Assembly: GCA_002269645.1 (NCBI GenBank)
Contig: NIVC01003579.1
Span: 26,064 to 90,063 of the forward strand
Direction of reading: 5' to 3'
Source of the DNA: Macrostomum lignano
Taxonomy: Eukaryota
DNA length: 64,000 nt
The position numbers and the translations under genes were made by a program. Under the pieces are notes generated by a model that searched no databases, was not told the origin of the DNA, and saw only the letters and a program-made list of their open reading frames with translations. Shown here piece after piece: positions 14,200-28,820 of this stretch (position 1 is its first letter; every line of letters begins with the position of its first letter).

Positions 14200-15195
14200 T
14201 CCTCTGTGCCTTCCCCTCTCCCCTCTGTGCCTTTCCCTCTCCCCTCTGTGCCTCCCCTCTCCCCTCTGTGCCTTTCCCTCTCCCCTCTGTGCCTTTCCCT
14301 CTCCCCTCTGTGCCTCCCCTCTCCCCTCTGTGCCTTCCCCTCTCCCCTCTGTGCCTTCCCCTCTCCCCTCTGTGCCTTCCCCTCTCCCCTCTGTGCCTTC
14401 CCCTCTCCCCTCTGTGCCTTCCCCTCTCCCCTCTGTGCCTTTCCCTCTCCCCTCTGTGCCTCCCCTCTCCCCTCTGTGCCTTCCCCTCTCCCCTCTGTGC
14501 CTTCCCCTCTCCCCTCTGTGCCTTTCCCTCTCCCCTCTGTGCCTTCCCCTCTCCCCTCTGTGCCTTCCCCTCTCCCCTCTGTGCCTTCCCCTCTCGCCTC
14601 TGTGCCTTCCCTCTCCCCTCTGTGCCTTCCCCTCTCCCCTCTGTGCCTTCCCCTCTCCCCTCTGTGCCTTTCCCTCTCCCCTCTGTGCCTTCCCCTCTCC
14701 CCTCTGTGCCTTCCCCTCTCCCCTCTGTGCCTTTCCCTCTCCCCTCTGTGCCTCCCCTCTCCCCTCTGTGCCTTCCCTCTCCCCTCTGTGCCTTTCCCTC
14801 TCCCTCTGTGCCTTCCCCTCTCCCCTCTGTGCCTTCCCTCTCCCCTCTGTGCCTTTCCCTCTCCCCTCTGTGCCTCCCCTCTCCCCTCTGTGCCTCCCCT
14901 CTCCCCTCTGTGCCTTCCCCTCTCCCCTCTGTGCCTTCCCCTCTCCCCTCTGTGCCTTCCCCTCTCCCCTCTGTGCCTTCCCCTCTCCCCTCTGTGCCTT
15001 CCCCTCTCCCCTCTGTGCCTTCCCCTCTCCCCTCTGTGCCTTCCCCTCTCCCCTCTGTGCCTTCCCCTCTCCCCTCTGTGCCTTCCCCTCTCCCCTCTGT
15101 GCCTTCCCCTCTCCTCTCTGTGCCTTCCCCTCTCCTCTCTGTGTCTTCCCCTCTCCCTCTCTCCCCTCTGTGCCTTTGCCTTTCCTTCTCTGTGC
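14200..15195 (+). repeat. 21-bp pyrimidine-rich minisatellite (TTCCCCTCTCCCCTCTGTGCC), ~47 copies
   Basis: Direct reading. Confidence 0.95.
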
Positions 15196-15778
15196 CTCGT
15201 CCGCATTACATTTTCACCACAGACTATGTTGCAGTTAGCAAATAATGAATTTAAAAAACGTCAAGCTCGAAAAATAATTTCACGAGGAAAAGCACATACA
15301 TCCCTATTGTATACTTTTGTTTATGGTCAAGACCGTAACACAGCAAAGCATCTGTGCCAGCCATGGACAGTTTCCATATACGGCAGAAACAAACTTGCTT
15401 CAGGACATTGGGACTGGTCAATACTGTTTGGCTCAGTTAACTACATCATCAGGGGTTATAGCTTAGGCTTGTCTAGGAAATCACTAAATTATTTGTCTTA
15501 GAAGAACAAATACACGCGAGCTATATTCGTTATTGAAGTGCAGTGCACCGGCTTCTGTCATCATATATACGCAGCAGTTTGATGGACTTTTTCGGTATTT
15601 AACGAACTAATTCCAATAGGACTGAAAATGCTAGATAGCTGTAGACCAGCTTCCTGCATCAACTAATTAGTGCAGTGCAGCTGGATCACCGCCCTTCTCT
15701 TTTCCTCTATCCCTTTCTCCCTCCCTTTTTTTTCTCCCAAGCTTCATTTAGGTCAATTAGGCCGCCTCCGATGCGACT

Positions 15779-15999
15779 TCATTCCTAGCCCTTCATGCTC
15801 TTCATTCCTAGCCCATCATACTCTTCATTCCTAGCCCTTCATGCTCTTCATTCCTAGCCCTTCATGCTCTTCATTCCTAGCCCTTCATACTTTTCATTCC
15901 TAGCCCTTCATACTCTTCATTCCTAGCCCTTCATGCTCTTCATTCCTAGCCCTTCATACTTTTCATTCCTAGCCCTTCATACTCTTCATTCCTAGCTTC
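15779..15999 (+). repeat. 23-bp minisatellite (TTCATTCCTAGCCCTTCATRCTC)
   Basis: About 9-10 copies. Confidence 0.9.
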
Positions 16000-16331
16000 A
16001 ATATTCTTGCAGCACAGTGGCCTTAAATACTCCAAATAAGAAAGATTGACTTATGGAAAGCAAAGTCTTCGGGTCATAGAAGTTTTTCCGTAGCCCCGGC
16101 AACTCCAATTGAATCAGGAGTGAAAAATTCAATCAAAATTTGAGTACCCACTCACTCACTCACGATGGTCTATATTGAAGTGACCAGACTGACAAGTAAA
16201 ATTGGGAGTGAGCGTCAGCTTTTCACACTGCCGGGCAAATGGAATTATACTGACTTTAACCAATCTCGTTTGAGTGTCTGAAAAGTACACAATAATTCCT
16301 AATGTCTTTTTATTTTACTCAAAAGGCAATT

Positions 16332-17203
<872 letters not shown>

Positions 17204-17775
17204 TTAGTAGGTATAATCAAATCGGTTCCTCTTTTTTAATGAGGTCCAATGACGAAGCTGATGGAGCCTGTCAATCTGTCAACCTTAGCTCTGCCTCCCA
17301 AAAGATAAAACTGATAAGGATTTGCCTTTCTGCCCCACCAAACACCGACTGCACTTAATTATTAACCCCGAATTCCGTCAGTTAAAGGAAACCGCGGCGT
17401 TAGCTTGGTAGCAGTTTCTGGCTGCAATAGTTTTAGCTGGCTGTGAAAGCGCACCAATCTCTCATTTCTGTGCGGCGGAAATGCGTTCGTGACTTGGCAT
17501 ATACAATATATATGTGATTCATTGATACATTGTGAACAAACACTTTGGCGGTAGAATGAAAGTTATCTCACAGACTTTTATGGAAAATGCCGCTCACGTT
17601 TTCATGAAGGCTATTGGGTGGGTTTTGGGTGCCTCTTTGGTGCTACTGAACTTTTTATGCATCTGGCAGCGACATATAAATACAGTTTATCTCGTCTGAC
17701 ACTCACTTGGGCTCCTTTGACACGTAGTTTCTGACACAATCCAATAGCTACTTCTCTTGACTGCTACAGGTCTGC

Positions 17776-20148
17776 CCAGTCGGACACCCAGTTTAGCCAG
17801 TCTGACACCCAGTTTAGCCAGTCTGACACCCAGTTTAGCCAGTCTGACACCCAGTTTAGCCAGTCTGACACCCAGTTTAGCCAGTCTGACACCCAGTTTA
17901 GCCAGTCTGACACCCAGTTTAGCCAGTCTGACACCCAGTTTAGCCAGTCTGACACCCAGTTTAGCCAGTCTGACACCCAGTTTAGCCAGTCTGACACCCA
18001 GTTTAGCCAGTCTGACACCCAGTTTAGCAAGTCTGACACCCAGTTTAGCCAGTCTGACACCCAGTTTAGCCAGTCTGACACCCAGTTTAGCCAGTCTGAC
18101 ACCCAGTTTAGCCAGTCTGACACCCAGTTTAGCCAGTCTGACACCCAGTTTAGCCAGTCTGACACCCAGTTTAGCCAGTCTGACACCCAGTTTAGCCAGT
18201 CTGACACCCAGTTTAGCCAGTCTGACACCCAGTTTAGCCAGTCTGACACCCAGTTTAGCCAGTCTGACACCCAGTTTAGCCAGACTGACACCCAGTTTAG
18301 CCAGTCTGACACCCAGTTTAGCCAGTCTGACACCCAGTTTAGCCAGTCTGACACCCAGTTTAGTATGTCTGACACCCAGTTTAGCCAGTCTGACACCCAG
18401 TTTAGTAAGTCTGACACCCAGTTTAGCCAGTCTGACACCCAGTTTAGCCAGTCTGACACCCAGTTTAGCCAGTCTGACACCCAGTTTAGCCAGTCTGACA
18501 CCCAGTTTAGCCAGTCTGACACCCAGTTTAGCCAGTCTGACACCCAGTTTAGCCAGTCTGACACCCAGTTTAGCCAGTCTGACACCCAGTTTAGCCAGTC
18601 TGACACCCAGTTTAGCCAGTCTGACACCCAGTTTAGCCAGTCTGACACCCAGTTTAGCCAGTCTGACACCCAGTTTAGCCAGTCTGACACCCAGTTTAGC
18701 CAGTCTGACACCCAGTTTAGCCAGTCTGACACCCAGTTTAGCCAGTCTGACACCCAGTTTAGCCAGTCTGACACCCAGTTTAGCCAGTCTGACACCCAGT
18801 TTAGCCAGTCTGACACCCAGTTTAGCCAGTCTGACACCCAGTTTAGCCAGTCTGACACCCAGTTTAGCCAGTCTGACACCCAGTTTAGCCAGTCTGACAC
18901 CCAGTTTAGCCAGTCTGACACCCAGTTTAGCCAGTCTGACACCCAGTTTAGCCAGTCTGACACCCAGTTTAGCCAGTCTGACACCCAGTTTAGCCAGTCT
19001 GACACCCAGTTTAGCCAGTCTGACACCCAGTTTAGCCAGTCTGACACCCAGTTTAGCCAGTCTGACACCCAGTTTAGCCAGTCTGACACCCAGTTTAGCC
19101 AGTCTGACACCCAGTTTAGCCAGTCTGACACCCAGTTTAGCCAGTCTGACACCCAGTTTAGCCAGTCTGACACCCAGTTTAGCCAGTCTGACACCCAGTT
19201 TAGCCAGTCTGACACCCAGTTTAGCCAGTCTGACACCAGTTTAGCCAGTCTGACACCAGTTTAGCCAGTCTGACACCCAGTTTAGCCAGTCTGACACCCA
19301 GTTTAGCCAGTCTGACACCCAGTTTAGCCAGTCTGACACCCAGTTTAGCCAGTCTGACACCCAGTTTAGTAAGTCTGACACCCAGTTTAGCCAGTCTGAC
19401 ACCCAGTTTAGCCAGTCTGACACCCAGTTTAGCCAGTCTGACACCCAGTTTAGCAAGTCTGACACCCAGTTTAGCCAGTCTGACACCCAGTTTAGCCAGT
19501 CTGACACCCAGTTTAGCCAGTCTGACACCCAGTTTAGCCAGTCTGACACCCAGTTTAGCCAGTCTGACACCCAGTTTAGCAAGTCTGACACCCAGTTTAG
19601 CCAGTCTGACACCCAGTTTAGCCAGTCTGACACCCAGTTTAGCCAGTCTGACACCAGTTTAGCCAGTCTGACACCCAGTTTAGCCAGTCTGACACCCAGT
19701 TTAGCCAGTCTGACACCCAGTTTAGCCAGTCTGACACCCAGTTTAGCCAGTCTGACACCCAGTTTAGCCAGTCTGACACCCAGTTTAGCCAGTCTGACAC
19801 CCAGTTTAGCCAGTCTGACACCCAGTTTAGCCAGTCTGACACCCAGTTTAGCCAGTCTGACACCCAGTTTAGCCAGTCTGACACCCAGTTTAGCCAGTCT
19901 GACACCCAGTTTAGCCAATCTGACACCCAGTTTAGCCAGTCTGACACCCAGTTTAGCCAGTCTGACACCCAGTTTAGTAAGTCTGACACCCAGTTTAGCC
20001 AGTCTGACACCCAGTTTAGCCAGTCTGACACCCAGTTTAGTAAGTCTGACACCCAGTTTAGCCAGTCTGACACCCAGTTTAGCCAGTCTGACACCCAGTT
20101 TAGCCAGTCTGACACCCAGTTTAGCCAGTCTGACACCCAGTCTAGCCA
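17776..20148 (+). repeat. Highly homogeneous 21-bp minisatellite (AGTCTGACACCCAGTTTAGCC), ~113 copies
   Basis: Direct reading; rare 20-bp units shift the spurious ORFs; flanked by a 33-bp direct repeat. Confidence 0.97.
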
Positions 20149-20657
20149 GGCTGCATACATTTGCACTCTCCTAGTTCAACTTCAATCCCTCTAATTTCTT
20201 CTCTCAGAAGAGTGACTTATGCATATTTCAATAGCTACTTCTCCTGACTGCCACAGGTCTGGTAGGCTCTCAATTTGACCTCGATTTTGCCTCTCCATTT
20301 TGGCCATTTTCGGTGCCACGAGGACCAGAAATTATACTGTCAGAAAAGTTCATTTTAGTTGGCGCGTGACATTAGTATATTTGCGTTTTAACAGAGAAAG
20401 CTTTTAATATTTGTCAACAACAATGGAGCATGACTTTAATCAATATGATTTGACTCGCAAAAAGCGGTAAATGTATGTTTAAATTCGCATATCGTAGAAT
20501 CAATATGGAATGACTGAATGGGATCCAGGTGCGATCTGATGGTTTAAATAACAATTCAAAGGTAAAGATTCATACATTGAAATGGACTCGGCCAATTTTA
20601 CAACAAAAATCATGCAGTGTTTACGACCGGAGCACTAAAACAAAAATAACAGGCAAT

Positions 20658-21996
20658 TCACAATTGTTGCATTTCAATTCTGTCCAGTCCGTGGCCGAAG
20701 TTCCAGGTAATTCTACAGCCGCAGCAGCAGCGACACTGGTTGCCAAGGCGACGAATGGTTCTCCTGTAGAGCGAGTGCGTTGCCACGAGAAAGTACGGAT
20801 TGAACAGGCAATTAGTCAGCGCCAGCAGGTGAAAAACTAACACTAGTTTGTGCATGAGTTCGGCATCGTTGCCGCGAGAATCCGGGACCAAGCTGGACGG
20901 TAGAGCTGCAGGCTTTGCATGGGCAGCCAGGTGACAGCGAATATCAGGACCAGGGCCACTCCGAGCAGAAACATCCTCCTGGACGTTGCCACCCGTTTTC
21001 GTCGATTCAAAGCGCTGCAAGTTGACGCCAGTGAAAAGTGATGCCGGATGCTGGACAGTCGCACCAGAGTCGTGTCCGAGTTCTGATAGCTGCACGACAT
21101 CATCATGGCTTCGTAGCGTTTGTGCACGTTTAGAATCCTGTTGGACACGTAGATGGCCCGGCAGATGCGGAAGTAAGCCACCGCCAGGCTGAGCAGAGGC
21201 AGCAGGCAGACCAGGTTGAGCACAGCCAGACCGTACCAGAACTCCGGCCCTCGTTCGGGACTTGATGTCGAGGAGTTTCCAGGCGTAGCCGACTGGCTGA
21301 TGAGGCTCCAGTTCTCCTTGCACACTGGCCAGTTAATTCGGACTCCGAACTGTTGAGAGAACTTCTGTTCAGTGCTTCTTTCGACAATGGAAACTCGAGC
21401 TACTGGTACCGAGATGACCAGAGACGCCAGCCAGATGCCACCGATGGTGAGCAGCTCGTTGCGAGCTCGCTTCCGACCTCCGTCCTGCAGCCAGCTCGCC
21501 GTGTGCCTGCTAACGCCAAGACTACGCAACCAGCTCAGGCTGGTGAGGGTGAACACGCTGCTACACATGAGGCTTACGCTCATCGAGTGACGCAGCTTGC
21601 AGGCGAACTCGCCCAGGTACATCGATTGTCGATTTGATCGGCGCAGGTGGCTGCAGGATGATCAGGGCCACCAGCAGGTCGCAGACAATCAAATTCAGAT
21701 AGAAGCACCGGTGGTTTTTGACTTTTCCTCTGACTCCAGGTGGACAGGATCGCGTAGAGCATGAGGAAGTTGCCAATCACGGCGACGAGAGACACCAGAC
21801 TGTACATCGCTATCATGCTTCGATAGAATGGTGCAGCCAGTTTCCTAGCTACAGTTTCATTGTAAGCCATGGACTCAAGCGCTGACTGCAGGCTGGCTAG
21901 GAATCTCAGATCCGATAGCATCGGGTGCGGGCCCGAAAGCGAGCTTGTCTTATTCTCCAGCATTGCTGACACAGGCTGAGTTACCTGAGGCTGCAT
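20658..21996 (-). pseudogene. Single-exon class A (rhodopsin-like) peptide-type GPCR with three apparent frameshifts (pseudogene or assembly errors)
   Basis: TM1 SLVAVIGNFLML (frame A); TM2 FYLNLIVCDLLVAL (frame B); TM3-TM6 GEFACK..SVFTLTSLS, LPLLSLAVAY, FAVTWLP (frame C); TM7 LALTNCLFNPYF (another frame). Shifts near 21720, 21650 and 20900. Confidence 0.8.
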
Positions 21997-23479
21997 AGTT
22001 TAGTAGAACAAAAATGAAGTGAAGAGAGATCGTGGGTTATAGAGCCTGAAAACAAGCAGCTAGACTTTTTCTGAGGAGTTCCGGCAACGCCACAGCTGGG
22101 GAATTATGTAGAATAGAGGGCGGGGTGGGGAAGCAGATGGGGGCGCTGGAACTAAGGGGGGGGGTAGCTGTTTTTTTGGTAGGAATCGATTGGAGGAGAG
22201 AGTTTCAAAGGGGTGACGCTGACGTCCAGTCTGTATTAGCCAGTCGCTCGATGCTGCTGACTGGCTGTTTAGTTTCTCGGAGACGGGATGCCAATCCTGT
22301 GTGTCTCCCGCACAGCTCCCCTCTGATTCCCCCACTGTCTCTCTTTCCTTCCTTGTGAAGATTCTATCGACTCCTCAGGGAATGATTGGTTGCTCCGGTC
22401 CCACAGTGACCCAGGCTATAGCCTGTCCGTCACTCCAACAACTATTCGAGCGATTTGGTTAGCTCGCAACATTGAAACTGCGGCTCGAAGTTGATCGATA
22501 TTTGGGGTAAAATGCCTGGCAGGCCCCGGGCGCGGTGGACCGAACTGGACGTGTTTACTTGGCGGTTATTGCGGTTCGGTTCTATAGAGCTGCTGCGGTG
22601 TCCAATTTCGATAATAAGCTAAGACCCAGATTAGCCAGGAGATGGATGGCTGCGCCACTCCGATAGTGTGAATAGAGAGGATTCTTTAAATTAGACTGCT
22701 GAAATTGGAATTCGGGAAAATTGGATTAAGTTGCCAGCTTAATAAACTACTTGGACTTTATCTATTCTGAGCGTTAGTGTTGCTGATGTGAACTGCTTTT
22801 GTAGCAGTTTGCCCTATTTTTAGTTTCCGTTGTAAACAGTTTCAGTTCATTGGTGTCTGTAATATTTTTTAGTATCCTGAATTTGTTATGCTGTCCTGGA
22901 GCGTTACTTTTACGAGGCTGACAAAGAGGTCTTGCGTCACAACTTCTCCCTTCTGATGAAGCCACCTCAGAGCTTGGGGCTTCATTTGCAGCTTGGGCGG
23001 AATGGCCTCTGCGCTGATTGTAGGACAATATCCTCGAAGGCGTTGCTAACTATCATTATGGTCATATAAATATTTTAGTAAAATGTATCTGAATATCTAT
23101 AATATCCCTAGCAACCTGCAAAAATTGCATGCGTACTCCGAATCGAATCAGTGTGAATTCAGTCGTTCTGCCCAACTGGGCGAACATCTCGGGGTACCGC
23201 AAGACAGGGACTCACGCTTATTGATTGCACGAACTGAAGATTTCGCCGCGGCTATGTAGGCTTGCATATTACACTCCCATGCATGCAAGGAATAGGGGCG
23301 CATCGTGAGTGGCAACTCGGCCCGAGATAGATTTCTCTTACCTAGGACAAGGTTTTCTTGGAACAGCTTCTGTAGCACTCATTTTGAAGCTTTTAAGACA
23401 CCAAACTGGGCGCCATATGGCAACTGTTAAGGCACAACTAAGACACTTGTTTATGTCAATAAGACACCCGTGTACGCCA

Positions 23480-25760
23480 CAAACACCTGCATAGACATCA
23501 TTAAGACACCTGTCTACGTCTCTAAGACACCTGTATAGACATCACTAAGACACCTGTATAGACATCACTAAGACACCTGTATAGACATCACTAAGACACC
23601 TGTTTACATCAATAAGACACCTGTATAGACACCACTAAGACACCTGTACAGACATCACTAAGACACCTGTCTACGTCACTAAGACACCTGTATAGACATC
23701 ATTAAGACACCTGTATAGACATCATTAAGACACCTGTATAGACATCACTAAGACACCTGTATAGACATCACTAAGACACCTGTATAGACATCATTAAGAC
23801 ACCTGTATAGACATCACTAAGACACCTGTATAGACATCACTAAGACACCTGTATAGGCACCACTAAGACACCTGTCTACGTCACTAAGACACCTGTATAG
23901 ACATCATTAAGACACCTGTATAGACATCACTAAGACACCTGTATAGACATCACTAAGACACCTGTATAGACATCACTAAGACACCTGTCTACGTCATTAA
24001 TACACCTGTATAGACATCACTAAGACACCTGTATAGACATCACTAAGACACCTGTATAGACACCACTAAGACACCTGTATAGACACCACTAAGACACCTG
24101 TATAGACATCACTAAGACACCTGTATAGACATCACTAAGACACCTGTCTACGTCATTAAGACACCTGTATAGACATCACTAAGACACCTGTATAGACATC
24201 ACTAAGACACCTGTATAGACACCACTAAGACACCTGTATAGGCACCACTAAGACACCTGTACAGACATCACTAAGACACCTGTATAGGCACCACTAAGAC
24301 ACCTGTACAGACATCACTAAGACACCTGTCTACGTCACTAAGACACCTGTATAGACATCATTAAGACACCTGTATAGACATCACTAAGACACCTGTATAG
24401 ACATCACTAAGACACCTGTTTACATCAATAAGACACCTGTATAGACATCATTAAGACACCTGTATAGACATCACTAAGACACCTGTATAGACATCACTAA
24501 GACACCTGTATAGGCACCACTAAGACACCTGTCTACGTCACTAAGACACCTGTATAGACATCATTAAGACACCTGTATAGACATCACTAAGACACCTGTA
24601 TAGACATCACTAAGACACCTGTCTACGTCACTAAGACACCTGTATAGACATCACTAAGACACCTGTATAGACATCACTAAGACACCTGTCTACGTCACTA
24701 AGACACCTGTCTACGTCATTAAGACACCTGTATAGACATCATTAAGACACCTGTATAGACATCACTAAGACACCTGTATAGACATCACTAAGACACCTGT
24801 ATAGACATCACTAAGACACCTGTCTACGTCATTAATACACCTGTATAGACATCACTAAGACACCTGTATAGACATCACTAAGACACCTGTATAGACACCA
24901 CTAAGACACCTGTATAGACACCACTAAGACACCTGTATAGACATCACTAAGACACCTGTATAGACATCACTAAGACACCTGTCTACGTCATTAAGACACC
25001 TGTATAGACATCACTAAGACACCTGTATAGACATCACTAAGACACCTGTATAGACACCACTAAGACACCTGTATAGGCACCACTAAGACACCTGTACAGA
25101 CATCACTAAGACACCTGTATAGGCACCACTAAGACACCTGTACAGACATCACTAAGACACCTGTCTACGTCACTAAGACACCTGTATAGACATCATTAAG
25201 ACACCTGTATAGACATCACTAAGACACCTGTATAGACATCACTAAGACACCTGTTTACATCAATAAGACACCTGTATAGACATCATTAAGACACCTGTAT
25301 AGACATCACTAAGACACCTGTATAGACATCACTAAGACACCTGTATAGGCACCACTAAGACACCTGTCTACGTCACTAAGACACCTGTATAGACATCATT
25401 AAGACACCTGTATAGACATCACTAAGACACCTGTATAGACATCACTAAGACACCTGTCTACGTCACTAAGACACCTGTATAGACATCACTAAGACACCTG
25501 TATAGACATCACTAAGACACCTGTCTACGTCACTAAGACACCTGTCTACGTCATTAAGACACCTGTATAGACATCACTAAGACACCTGTATAGACATCAC
25601 TAAGACACCTGAATAGGCACCACTAAGACACCTGTATAGGCACCACTAAGACACCTGCATACATTAATAAGACACCTGTATAGACACCACTAAGACATCT
25701 GTTTATAGACATCACTAAGACACGTACCAGTATAGACACCACTAAGACACCTGTGTAGAC
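23480..25760 (+). repeat. 23/21-bp minisatellite (TAAGACACCTGTATAGACATCAC), ~100 copies, with an 835-bp internal duplication
   Basis: Variants ATTAATACACC (24001/24836) and TGTTTACATCAATAAG (24421/25256) recur at an 835-bp offset. Confidence 0.96.
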
Positions 25761-26394
25761 ATAGGCAGAAAAGGGACATTTACTTAGACAAGTTAGCGAC
25801 CTTGTCTTCGCCGAAATGACGCAATCAGATCATCATTAGCCAGGAGTAGATGCTCTTTAGCCCTAATGAGACAAAAAGCTGTCGTTTCTTTCAGAAAACG
25901 AACTGAAAAACGCGATTTAATGATAGAAAAAAATGATCGAATCATTTCTCCTTGTTCAAGTTTGCTTTTTCTACTCTTACAAGGAAGCGCATGCTTCCAA
26001 GGCCCCTCTCCCCTCCGAATGGCATCAAGGTTAGGAACACGATTAGGCAGACTGAGAAGGACGAGAGAGTGTTAAAAGTGCAAACGAAGCTTAAAAAGAG
26101 CGCTGAGCAAACAGTGAGCATATATGCCAAGGCCTCAACAACGTCTTGGGCCTGTGTTCTCCGGAGTACAACCATTTTGAGTCGGCTAAATTATCTTGGA
26201 AGCTTCTCGCACACTAATTGCAGTTATTAGGCTCACTGTGCCGTGCCAAATTCGAGTTTGGTTATTAGCTCGTAGCAGAAAAATCTATGGAGCGAATGTC
26301 GCCATATCTTTATCCTTGCTTTTTCTCTTAATACTGAATTCCCTGATTCCCCGCGTTGATTCCTCTTACTAAAGTTGCGTGTCCGAATTATCCT

Positions 26395-27455
26395 TTCCGA
26401 ATTCTCCTCACCGAATTCTCCTTTTTGAATTCTCCCCTCTGAATTCTCTTCTCCGAATTCTTCTCTCCGAATTCTCCCCTCTGAATTCTCTTCTCCGAAT
26501 TCTTCTCTCCGAATTCTCCCCTCCGAATTCTCCTCTCCTTTGAATTCTCTCCACCGAATTCTCCACTCTGAATTCTCCACTCAGAATTCTTCCATTTAAA
26601 TTCTCCTCTCCGAATTCTCACTGAATTCTCCTCTCCGAATTCTCCTCACTGAATTCTCCTCTCCTTTGAATTCTCTCCACCGAATTCTCCACTCTGAATT
26701 CTCCACTCAGAATTCTTCCATTTAAATTCTCCTCTCCGAATTCTCACTGAATTCTCCTCTCCGAATTCTCCTCACTGAATTCTCCTCTCCGAATTCTCCT
26801 CACTGAATTCTCCTCTCCTTTGAATTCTCTCCACCGAATTCTCCACTCTGAATTCTCCACTCAGAATTCTTCCATTTAAATTCTCCTCTCCGAATTCTCA
26901 CTGAATTCTCCTCTCCGAATTCTCCTCTCCGAATTCTCCTCTCCTTTGAATTCTCTCCACCGAATTCTCCACTCAGAATTCTTCCATTTCAATTCTCCTC
27001 TCCGAATTCTCACTGAATTCTCCTCTCCGAATTCTCCTCACTGAATTCTCCTCTCCTTTGAATTCTCTCCACCGAATTCTCCACTCTGAATTCTCCACTC
27101 AGAATTCTTCCATTTAAATTCTCCTCTCCGAATTCTCACTGAATTCTCCTCTCTGAATTCTCCTCACTGAATTCTCCTCTCCGAATTCTCCTCACCGAAT
27201 TCTCCTCTCCGAATTCTCCTCTCCGAATTCTCCTCTCCGAATTCTCCTCACCGAATTCTCCTCTCCGAATTCTCCTCTCCGAATTCTCCTCTCTGAAGTC
27301 TCCTCTCCAAATTATTTTCTCTGACTTCTTCTGTCAGAAGTCTCCACTCCAAATTCTCCTCTCCGAATTCTCCTCTCCAAATTCTCCTCTCCGAATTTTC
27401 CTCTCCAAATTCCCCTCTCCGAGTTCTCCTCTCCGAATTCTCCTCTCAGAATTCT
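26395..27455 (+). repeat. ~14-bp GAATTC-rich minisatellite (GAATTCTCCTCTCC) with higher-order blocks
   Basis: An EcoRI site roughly every 12-16 bp; block ending CAGAATTCTTCCATTTAAATT repeated several times. Confidence 0.93.
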
Positions 27456-28820
27456 CTTCGTATTCTCGTTTATAAGATTCCTCTTATCGATTTCCATTTT
27501 ACAAGCGCTGTTTATTGAGTTAGTTATACCGAAGCGCCTTTTAAATTTCTTAAAAATACCCCTTGAATCGTATAACTTTTCTCGTATTTCATCGCATTTG
27601 AACCTCAAGTGGCAAACTGATATTCCCATAATTTTCCTGCCCACTGACTCGGGCAACAGAGGGCATTTAGCGGAGGCGTTGGTCAGAAAAAGATCTCCAT
27701 TATCTAATTAGAGACAAAAATTGATTTTTAATTTAGCCGCGCGACGGACAACGTGAGGGTTAATTGCAGGGAATTCTGACGGGCGTGAACTACCACTCGG
27801 TTAGATAAGATAAGCTCAGACAAGATAAGATAAGCCATCTGTTAATTTTCTACCCTTCTCAGCGAACGCAAAATTCAAAGAGTCATCTATCTGGAGTGGA
27901 AAACAAATTATTACTTAATTTAGGCACTTTCCAATCCAGATTCTCCAAAGTTGTCTAAGCCTAGTTGTCCCTGAATGTCTTAACGATAATATGGGATAGG
28001 ATGGGATGAGATGAGATAAGAAGAAATGATATGAAGATAACATAAGATAAGATGAGATGAGATGGGCTGAAATGAGATGCATCTAGCAAAGTAAACTAGA
28101 AGCCACCTATAAAATTAGAAACAATCATCAAACAAGCACCATTTTTTCTGCACTTTTAAGGTAAGCCTACGACCTGACTCAAGAAGCTCTACCTTGTCCT
28201 GGCCTGACAGGTGTATTGAAGCAGAGAGTCTGATTCAGACTCAAAGAAATCAATTTCTGGTAGCTATACCTATACGCCTTTCTACAAGCAAGCAACAATT
28301 GCTCTCTGGTTGCTTTGCCAACGCTCAGAGGGGGAGCGGCTGGGCTGTCGACAGGTGACTATGTGAGTCCCAAAACCCCCTCCCCGTGGTCAACTATTTT
28401 CCCTTCAATAGTCTAAAAGAGGATTGCAGAACTGCAGCAAGCGAGTGAGTTGAAAATCAATGAACTATTACTACAGCAAAGAAGGCTCTGCTCTAACACG
28501 CGGCAAACAACAGTGCCTCGCCTCCCAGATTCAAGTCTGGCTTCCAAACTTTCTTCACCTCAGGTTTTCCCCTCGGCTGGCATTGCTTCTTCGGGCGTGG
28601 AGGAGGCTGAGAATGAGAGAAAACTAAGACCCAGCAGCAGCTTATTGCAGACGCGACCGCGCGGTGTTTTCCAAGAGCCAGCAGGAAAAGAAATTGAAAG
28701 CCAGGGTGGAAAATTTTCTGGGGAGTTTCTCTGCTGGCAGTTTATTTTCAAGTGCACCCCCCCCCTATAAGCCCCTTTCGGTATGTTTTTGTCTTTAGCC
28801 GGTTGTACTTGTCCTTGCTC

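Noticed and set aside
22774-23028. 84-aa Ser-rich ORF with a D-box-like RILKNIT
   Set aside because: TTG start, no recognisable family and no partner exons found.
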